Source: Ascidiella aspersa
Taxonomy: Eukaryota
Length of the DNA: 64,000 nucleotides
Direction of reading: 5' to 3'
Assembly: GCA_963924565.1 (NCBI GenBank)
Contig: OZ004608.1
Span: forward strand, 29,512,001-29,576,000
Shown: in pieces, positions 43,745 to 52,700 of the stretch
Layout: every line of letters begins with the position of its first letter
Position numbering within the stretch: the stretch's first letter is position 1
The notes under the pieces: model-generated
What the model was told of the DNA's origin: nothing
Database searches by the model: none
Seen by the model: only the letters and a program-made list of their open reading frames with translations
Made by a program: the position numbers and the translations under genes

Positions 43745-43771
43745 TTATGCCCAGATTCCCTCGCCATCGTC
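43745..43771 (-). CDS. ERC1: ERC terminal coding exon DDGEGIWA* (PDZ-binding IWA motif)
   Basis: ttttttaattgacgtgtctag|GAC GAT GGC GAG GGA ATC TGG GCA TAA; phase 0 matches previous donor; matches the vertebrate neuronal ERC C-terminus (D/E)EEGIWA. Confidence 0.93.
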   Translation of the reverse strand, partial: DDGEGIWA

Positions 43772-46700
43772 CTAGACACGTCAATTAAAAAAAGACTTTG
43801 CGTTAGATTCTGCAATTCGTTATATTTACAAAAAAATCAGTAAAAATAGCAACACAGCCTTTTAACCAAGGCTGCCAAGTCGATTGAATTTCTAGAGCCG
43901 GGACTCTGGACTCGAGTAAGACCACCCGAGTCCCGAGTGCATCGTGCACCGTACGACATTTTAAAACTGATATAGCCGCAAACTGAAACTGATATAGCCG
44001 CCAACTGCAAATTGTAAAGGTTGAATAGCATATGGTGGAATATTTTACCACTTAGAGTGGGTGGATAAAATTACATAACACCTCATGAGTGGTTTCCTCA
44101 ATATCCACCTTATCTAAGTTACGTAAATGGCTGAAATACAGACTGTAAAGTCGCAGTTGTAGTCAAACTAGGGATTTGTTAGTTGGACTCGGGCTCAGTT
44201 TTTGTCCGGAGTCAGACTCGGGAGTCGAACTCGCATTATTTTCATCCGACCCGCAGCGCTGCTTTTAACAATGATGGAAATTTGATTCCAGGTGGATGAA
44301 AAGCAATTTTTAGCCGCTTTTAATAAAAATAAAATGGGAAAAATGATAGTGAATTGATTTATTGTAAACTTTTAAATAAAAACTTATTTCACGAATGGAT
44401 CTTTTGGGGGAAAGAATGGGAAGGAAGAATAAAACACAAATTTAAAAAGTTTTATTTTTAAAGTGATAAACAAACAACCACAATATTTGACACCAAAACA
44501 ACATTTCCAGCCATTTCGTCGTCCGCTTTCGACTGAACAAAATACCAGTAAAGACCGCAGCGGTCCAGTCCTTAAAATAACTCCACAGAACAAAAATAAC
44601 AAGAATCAAAGTCGGTCGAACGAAAACAAGGGCTTGACTTCGGCGAAGTCGCGTTCTAATTAGCAGGATCAAAGCCACGGGCGCGGGTTCAAATACAGAT
44701 CGTACCACCAGTGGCAAGGCAAAGTGGCAAAGGCCAGCGGCTGGAAATTTTGCCCAGCTGACAAGGCCACCGTGGAATGGCTGTGGTGTTGGTAACCTAG
44801 TTGGGCTCGGTTAATTGGCAGTTTCAAGAGCGTTATCGTACAAGACCCTGGATTCGTGCCACGTATTTAGTCGGTAGTAAAAGGGTTTCTGCCTACAAGG
44901 CAACGTAATTGTCTTGTGGAATCGCTCTCTTTGCGTGAAGCTATTCGGGGACTGATCGCGCGATGAAAATAGTCGTTTCGGATGAGGTAATTGACTCGAT
45001 AATTCGCGATAATGGCGCGTTGCCGAAATACAGAGTGATTAATTGTATGAGAAAGGAAATCTGTGGAATGCGCCGAACATAGGACAATTTGCAAGCATTC
45101 GCTATGTTTGTCGCATTTTGCTATTGTTTTGAAAAAAAATATACTAAAAACGTGCGACATTGGTAGAAAAATCTCACTATATTTGTCGCATTTTGCTATT
45201 GTTTTGAAAAAAAAATATTAAAAACGTGCGACATTGGTAGAAAAATATCATTATATTTGTCGCAGTTTGCTATTGTTTTGAAAAAAAAAAGTAAAAACGT
45301 GCGACATTGGTAGAAAACGTCACAAAATTAGATATTTTAACTCGAATTTTTGTTATATTGCATTCCGATCAAGAACCACACGCTCTAAAAACATTTCAAG
45401 CAATCTGAGCCCATTCAAACCAAAGGAAGAAATAACTGACCAAGGAACTTATTACAGTAAGAGCACCTAACTATATACGTGCTGAAATTATATTTTCAAT
45501 TAACTCATTTTACGTGCAAAGTTGATCACTTTTCAACTAATTAATTCTATTTTAATTAGGCTTTTATGGACCCCTAAAAGGTAGTTCACGTGCCCCAAGG
45601 GGTTTATGGACCCCAGTTTAAGAACCCCTGTTCTAACTGATAGCAGCCCTGATGAGGGTTCTCCTTGCACAAAACATGCAAATTTCTCACCTCTCCATTG
45701 GCCGGTCTATACCGAGGCTTGCCGTTGCCTTGTCGTGCCTGGGCTTGTTGTTGTTGTTGAGTCTGCTGCCTTCCACCAACCGAGTTACTTTGTTGCTGCT
45801 GCAGTTGTTGGTCGTCGTTTATCGTGTCTTGCATCAGCTTCAAGCGGTTCTGCGTCTGAAACAACAGTAATAACGAAGTCTATTCGTTGAATTGAATTCC
45901 CTATTTTTGTCTGAGCCAGCTTGTGTCGAAAGCTTCACGCGACTTTCGTTCAAATAGTCAATAGAGAACAAACAATTGTAATTAAAAATCTTGGCTTTGT
46001 TAATCGGTGTAGTTCTGTGCTAAGCTAAAATATGCCTGCATAGAATCGACCATTTTCCCCTAATCGACCAAGTTTTGGTCAGTTAGGTAACTGCTTAAAT
46101 TTCTAAGCATCAATTCAATCCATTTTTATGTTTTGTTTTACGAAAAACAATTCTATTTTTTTAAAGCATGAAGATTATAATAGAAATAAACAACTGTGAC
46201 TGGTTTTGCAAAGGAATAACACTTTTTTGTCAAAAAGGACGGAAAAATTTGTAGCCCCAATAGAAAACACACAACAAAGCAAAACGTATGGCAATGACAC
46301 ACACAAAAACTTTTCCAGACAAACACTGCCACCCCGTGGCGAGACAAATACCTCTCACCATTGAAATTCGATCGTGTATTTTTAGACGCCAAACCAAAAC
46401 AAGTTTTCGAAAAAGAATTCAAACGGCAACAAAAAATTCGAAAGCCGTTATTTCGTCGCACGGCGAAACAATGGACCATTGTTCGCCTAAGCAAACGCGT
46501 GGTTTGAAAACGATCGGCGTTTTAGTGGATTCAAGTGCAGTGACCAGGTCTTAACCTGGGCAGAGCGCATTGGGACAGACGCGCCGTTTCGAAGGTGGTC
46601 TTTAGGCGGGCGCGAAAGGCGGCCATTAGTTTGTTTGCGCTGCAATCCACAAAACCGTAATTGCCAGGAATTTCGAGGGCGGCGAGTTCGAAAGGTGAAA

Positions 46701-49700
46701 ATGCAGCCGGGCACTTGAGAGGCGTTGCAGCTTACAAGAGCCTTTAAGAAGAAACAGCAGGTTGCACAAAAGTTCATTGCGCTGTTATATATACAATTTT
46801 TTCTCCATACATTAAACAATTCAGGGTTGCCATAGAATTGTATGAAAAAATTACCCGACATTCAACTATACTTTTCAAAGAAAATTTGTCGGTTTATAAG
46901 ACCTAAAATGTGATCGCTTTACACTTTTATTTGAATATAATTCGGAACAGACACAACTCGAAAAATAACAGAACAGACACAACTTGAAAAATGGCTTTTC
47001 GTGTGTTTTTTACACTTTGGTTGCCGACTCGAACTTACATGCTGTATAAAGCGTACAGTCTGTTTTCTTCTTGACCTAACATCACAGTTTTCAGTACAAA
47101 TAAAATTTTGCCAAAAGTGAAAACAACAAAATGTTGCCAAATTTACCAAAACGGTTGAAATTACAACCAACAAAAAATACGAAAGGTAAGCCCAACAAAC
47201 ACTGAAGTGCCCCCAAATCGTTTTTTCGGCCGTTTTAAAAACCAAGCCACAGCAGACGCGAGATTTCGCACACGCTCTTCGAGAATGTCCATATTTCGAC
47301 ATGGCGTCGCAGATTAATTACGGTAGCTATTCTTTCTGCTGGCAAATCCCGAAATTGCACGGCTGGCCACCACCGGCGCGTAGGCTAATCCCCACGCACC
47401 GCCAAGCACAGAATTCGGCCAAATGCGCACCTCAATTGTCCGACATGAACGCTAATTGCCGCTTGCCTTAGCGTGCCAAAAAGCAGACGACAGTGCATAT
47501 CCGAAAACCGCCGCCGCCGACCGAAGATCGAGAAAAGGAATTTCCTCTTGGCCGCTAACAAAGGACCCGGCTACGTAAATATGGAATTATCGACACCTGC
47601 CACAATGGCCGAGCACTTGGACCTGTGAGACGCTTTGGCGGATTTCAAGGCTCGGCGTGTCGCTATAGAGGCCGGTACCTGTTGACACTGGACAGCCGCA
47701 ATTATTTGTGTTTGCGACGTCGTTTTGATTTTGTCGACGCGACAGGCGTCTGTGATTCATGGAGGTTACGCGAGTTTTTTTATACGCCAAAGAATTTACG
47801 CGATTGCAGAAAGCGCGCTAAGATTTTGGCGTTTTTTTGCTGTACGGCGGATAACTTTTGTAAATCATAGAGGCCTTGGTGCCAAGAAGAGACTTGAATA
47901 CACCAGGAGAGGAGCCACGATCGGTCAACAAGAACACCCCTGAATAAATATATGGACCCTTTTCAGACACAAATTGAAGACCCTGTTTAACTCACGGTAA
48001 CTTTGATAAAAAAGGTTCTATTAACGACCAGGTATAGAACCGTGGTTCTCAAAATTGGTTTGTAAGAAAGTTAAGGTGCCCACCCAACTTCTTTCAAGTT
48101 AATTGCATATAATTTTTTTGGAGAAAGCACACCCGTATTATCGATTCGCAGTAGTTAATGTTCAGGTAGTTTTTGATTTCCCTTTTAATAAAATGTATTC
48201 CTTGGTTATTTTAATAAGGCAAAAGGAGACCGCTAGGTTAAAAAAGTTTGAAAAGAATAATAAAACGTCACCTAAAATACAAACTTTGTTAAAAAAAATC
48301 GTAAAACATAGCAGAACGAGACAGAAAAAAAAAAATCATTGAGCTATAGGAAGAATGTAGTCACCCGAACTCCCTGTAAGTTATTTCCTTGATTTACAAA
48401 AATATTTTATTTAGCAACGTAGACCGAACGTCGGCAATTTTTACCAACCTAGACCAACCGTCAGCGATTTTGGGGGGCTGCTAATAGACCCAGGTGCGAA
48501 AAGAGGCCGCGTTTCGACGCCGCCATCTTGCCAAGCAAAATGGCCTGGCAACAACGCCAAGTCTTGTGTGGTTTTCGCAGCTGTGAAAGGCAAGTGAGTT
48601 CAGGTTGTGGTACTCCAAAAACACTTAAACCCTTCGCGGAATAGCGTGTTTCTATATACGACCAGACACACTCGATGCAAAAATGCAGGAAAATAGTTCA
48701 GAAAAATGGAAAACAAAGGACCCCAATGCATCGGCTGGCGCTAAAAGCGCTCAGGTCGCAAAGTTTGCCGGGGCCTTGCGTTGTTGCGCGGCTGTTAGAG
48801 GCACGGGAACGGATTTTTGCGGCTGCCGGATAATTGCGGGTCGCTGCCGGCGCGACAAGTTGAAGAGGTCGGGCTCGCCGTCGCAGGAAGCGAGCACTTA
48901 ATGCGCTTTAACGCCATCGCGGCCGCGGAATGCGGAAAGGGGATTTTTTTCCGATGAGTAATTGTTTGTGGTAAGCGCCGTTAGCGTTTTTTTTATAAAG
49001 GTTTCAAGTGTGGGGCTCTGTAGACTTGCACCATGAAAATCCTGGAAACAAATGCCCTGTAAGGGATACTGCGGTATTTTAAAATATAGCCTACTTCTTA
49101 AACTACACAGCAGATAATTAGCAGTTGATACCTAAATAAAAAAGTACCGAAAATTTTATATTTCTGTAAAGAAACCTAATTAATCGTGTCAAAATGATTT
49201 TTGTTGCGACTGTTTAGAAGTATGTTTTTGTATTAGGTGGTAGGTTTAGAAATATTATGACGTCCTTGCCCTTTTTTTCTATAGAGTAACCTATAAGACT
49301 TAGTCAAGGTAAACGGGAAAATAAACAGTAAGATCCACAAAGAAACGATGCCCAAAGGTGACAAAAAAAGTCAAGGGCCACACATATTCATAACATCACG
49401 CAAAAGCAATTGTGGCCAATCAAACCACCGCAGAAATCCGATGTCAAAGACCCAGTTAACTTTACCCAAAGTCGCGCCAATTGGAAACGTGACAAAACGC
49501 CATTCGGTTTCGGAAAGAACCGCGCAAAATGGCTGACCGCGAGGCGGCACTTTTCACAACTACAGCCTTACAAACAAGTGCTGCATTTTCGGCCTTACAC
49601 AAAAGTTTATGCGGCAAAGTTCAGCAAACGGCTCGGTGCCAGTCGCCGTCAGAAACCGCATCTGCTAACCTCGAAGCGACCTCGTCGAATTGCCGCTTGC

Positions 49701-52700
49701 CGCGCCGCAATTTTTTAGGCGTTTTGCCGCGCGCGTAATGGCACGTTTTTTTCGAAGGGCAATTAGCGCCGATGAAAGCCGCCGCTTGCTTTTGCGGCGT
49801 GGCGTGGTTTTCTTTGCACTTTTGCGCAACGCCGAATTGCAGCGGCGAACGAACGCTTAGTGCAGGGATTCGTAAACTGGGGTCCTTGGATCCCCTTTAG
49901 GTAGGTGGACTAGTTTATGAGGTAGACACATCTAAAATGTTAGTTTATTATTTAAAAACGTTATATATTCTGTAAATAAAAATATGTGATTTAAAAACAA
50001 AACGCTTTGTCGCCTTCTAAGGTTTCCTTGTCTACATGTTTTATGGGGTAATTTTTTATAATAAAAAAGCATGCTGACCGTCGTACACTTAAACAAAATG
50101 TTTATGGGTCCGCGCTTAAATAGTCCAGTCCCTGGCTTCTGTGGTTTTGCTTGAAACAAGTATAGCAGTGGTTGGATCGCAACCTTTCCTAAAACTTTTA
50201 CATGTGGTCCACTGACAAGTTTTTTAAGGTCCAATATAAAATGAAGGACAATCGACAGAACAAAAAAGGTATTTTGAAAGTAACAATTTACTTCCCAAGT
50301 CAGTGCAGGATTGACGATTTTTGTATTTCCAAGTGAATGGGAGTTAATATGATTTTAAACCAAGTAGTTAAGAAAAAACAAAGAAATAGTATTTATCTAA
50401 TAAAATGTGTGACATTTTGTCTTCAAGACGGCCCTGAAAAATTCAGTTTAACAAAATAGATTAAAGCTAGAAATTCCGTGAAAAGCGGTGTCGTGCTGTC
50501 GAAATTTTTGAAAAGAAGGCGGAAAAATGCATAACATTGAGCCAAAACAATTAATTTATATGCGAATTACGCAACGGGTTTCGAAATTGCAAAAAAAATC
50601 GCCAAACCAATTTATTTCCATGCGGTTTACGCATCACAATTCACAAGAGATAATCTAGATTCGAGAGTGGCATTTACCAGCAAAATACACGTTTGAAACA
50701 GAAGCATTCTGGTAATAAGCTGTTTGGAGAGAGAATGACAAGAAACGTCCGAGGATAAACGGCCGGACGCTGTCAAAACAACTGGCCTATTGGTTACACA
50801 ATAAAGCCAGCTCGTAAAGCAATTTGCGCTCGAAATTGCCGGTCAGCCGATGTTTGACCTTGAGTCGCGAGTGTCAAGGTCGCGCGTCCATTGTGCTCGC
50901 GCGGAAACGAAAGCGGCGTTCACACGCGCTGGAGTTTGTGACGTAACAATAGCCCGGCTCGCGTATCCGGGAACGCGGAAAGTAATAACCAGCGTGTCCA
51001 GCGACGCTATGGTTTTCGCGCCTTTTACGGCGACGTTTGACGAAATACAGCGAATTAAAGCGTTTTGGGAGAACCGGCGACAACGTGCTGGTCATTATGC
51101 GCGTCTAGAATATTTTGCCAAAGCCAGAATCTTCTTTGAAAAGTACACCGAAAGCCATCGCAGACTCACCGAATCTGTTGATCTATGATGCAAGCAGAGC
51201 AGACTAGAAAAACAACTAGCCTGCAGCGAGGTTCGAACTCACGACCTCCGGTCAAGCCGGAACCGTCGCTCTACCAACTGAGCTAGGCTCAGAAGGGAAC
51301 GAGTCGAGAAACAACCATACGCCAATGCTTGCTCAATCTGTTAGTACAAGCAACCTCATTGAAGGGGATCCACAGTACCATATCATTTATTCAATGAAAC
51401 ATTCACACATATGTGTGTTAATAGCTCTTAGCTAGTCTGCTCTGCTTGCCTCATAGATCAACAGATTCGGTGAGTCTGCGATGGCTTTCGGTGTACTAAT
51501 TATACGTAAGCCGAAGTCGTTGGTCAAAAAGCAGCCCCGAAGGGCCAGATCTCAGCTATTAACACACATATGGGTGAATGTTTCTTCTTGGAAAAAGGCG
51601 ATATTTGTTGTGCGCTTTTTATGTATCTTTAATTGGATTCGAATTTTTAGATAGAACCGTCTCCTGAATTAATTTTATTGTAACATGTTGTTTTATTAAA
51701 CCTTCAGCTATATTCTACAAAAAAAAATCGTAAAATTCGTATAGCCGGTTGAACGTCACAAAAAAGCGAAACTTTTCCATAGGTCTTGCGTGACAAAAAT
51801 ATTTGAGAACCAGTGTGCTATAGTACCTGAACGTTTACCCTTTCACGATATGAAAGCTTATCATTGTAGACCAGGGGTTCTAAAACTGGGATTCATGGAC
51901 CCCTTGGGGGTACATCATTTAGTTTTAGGGGGTACATGAAAGCTTATTTGAAATACTAATAAATATTTTAAAGTAATCAAATTGCAAAGAAAATAGTGTA
52001 ATAAAAGTAAAACTTGATGAAATGTATGTTTAGAGTTCATTGCGCTTTGACATTTTTTTGGATCGAAAGAAGCAGATTTTTGTCTATTTTCTTTGTGACA
52101 ACAATTTATGAAGTTATCTATAAAAATCCTTGCCTGTACTGGTCCACGCGAAGCAAAAATATTTTTTAGGGGTATTCCGTGAAATAAATATAAGAATCCC
52201 TGTTGTAGCCGATTACCTGTTGCTTGAGCTGCTGCACCAGCTTGTCCTTCTCCCTCCTGAGAAGACAAACCTCCTCTGCGTTCTTGCTCTTGCGCGACTG
52301 CGAGAGCTCCAGGAGGGCGATGTTGGCGTCTTTCTCGCTAATGGCAGCCAGAAGAGCCTCCTGCCTGGAAAAGCGGGAAAGGGAATGGATTTCGGAAGGA
52401 GGAACATACAATAGCGATTCATTTTGTTTTTTAATTTTAATCATCCAAATTTTATTTAGTTAATAACAGCCAAAAAATTTTACCTTTAGATTATTATCAA
52501 TAATGTTTAATCGGTAGCTTTTTGCCGCGCTTGATAAAATCTGACTCAACATTGCCTGCAAACTCATATTATTTATCCCAGTCAAGTACCGGTGTGGGAT
52601 GATGCCTGATTCTTAATTTCGTTTGTAGGCCGCGTGTTCTATTATATATGACTCGGTGAAATGTAGATTGTAAAATTGTACATATACACCCACATTAGTT

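Noticed and set aside
45107-45325. CRISPR-like repeat array
   Set aside because: Units are contiguous near-identical repeats without unique spacers, in a eukaryotic intron with no cas genes.
51218-51290. Functional tRNA gene
   Set aside because: Acceptor stem not canonically paired, 9-nt anticodon loop with no assignable anticodon, and embedded in a TSD-flanked insertion.
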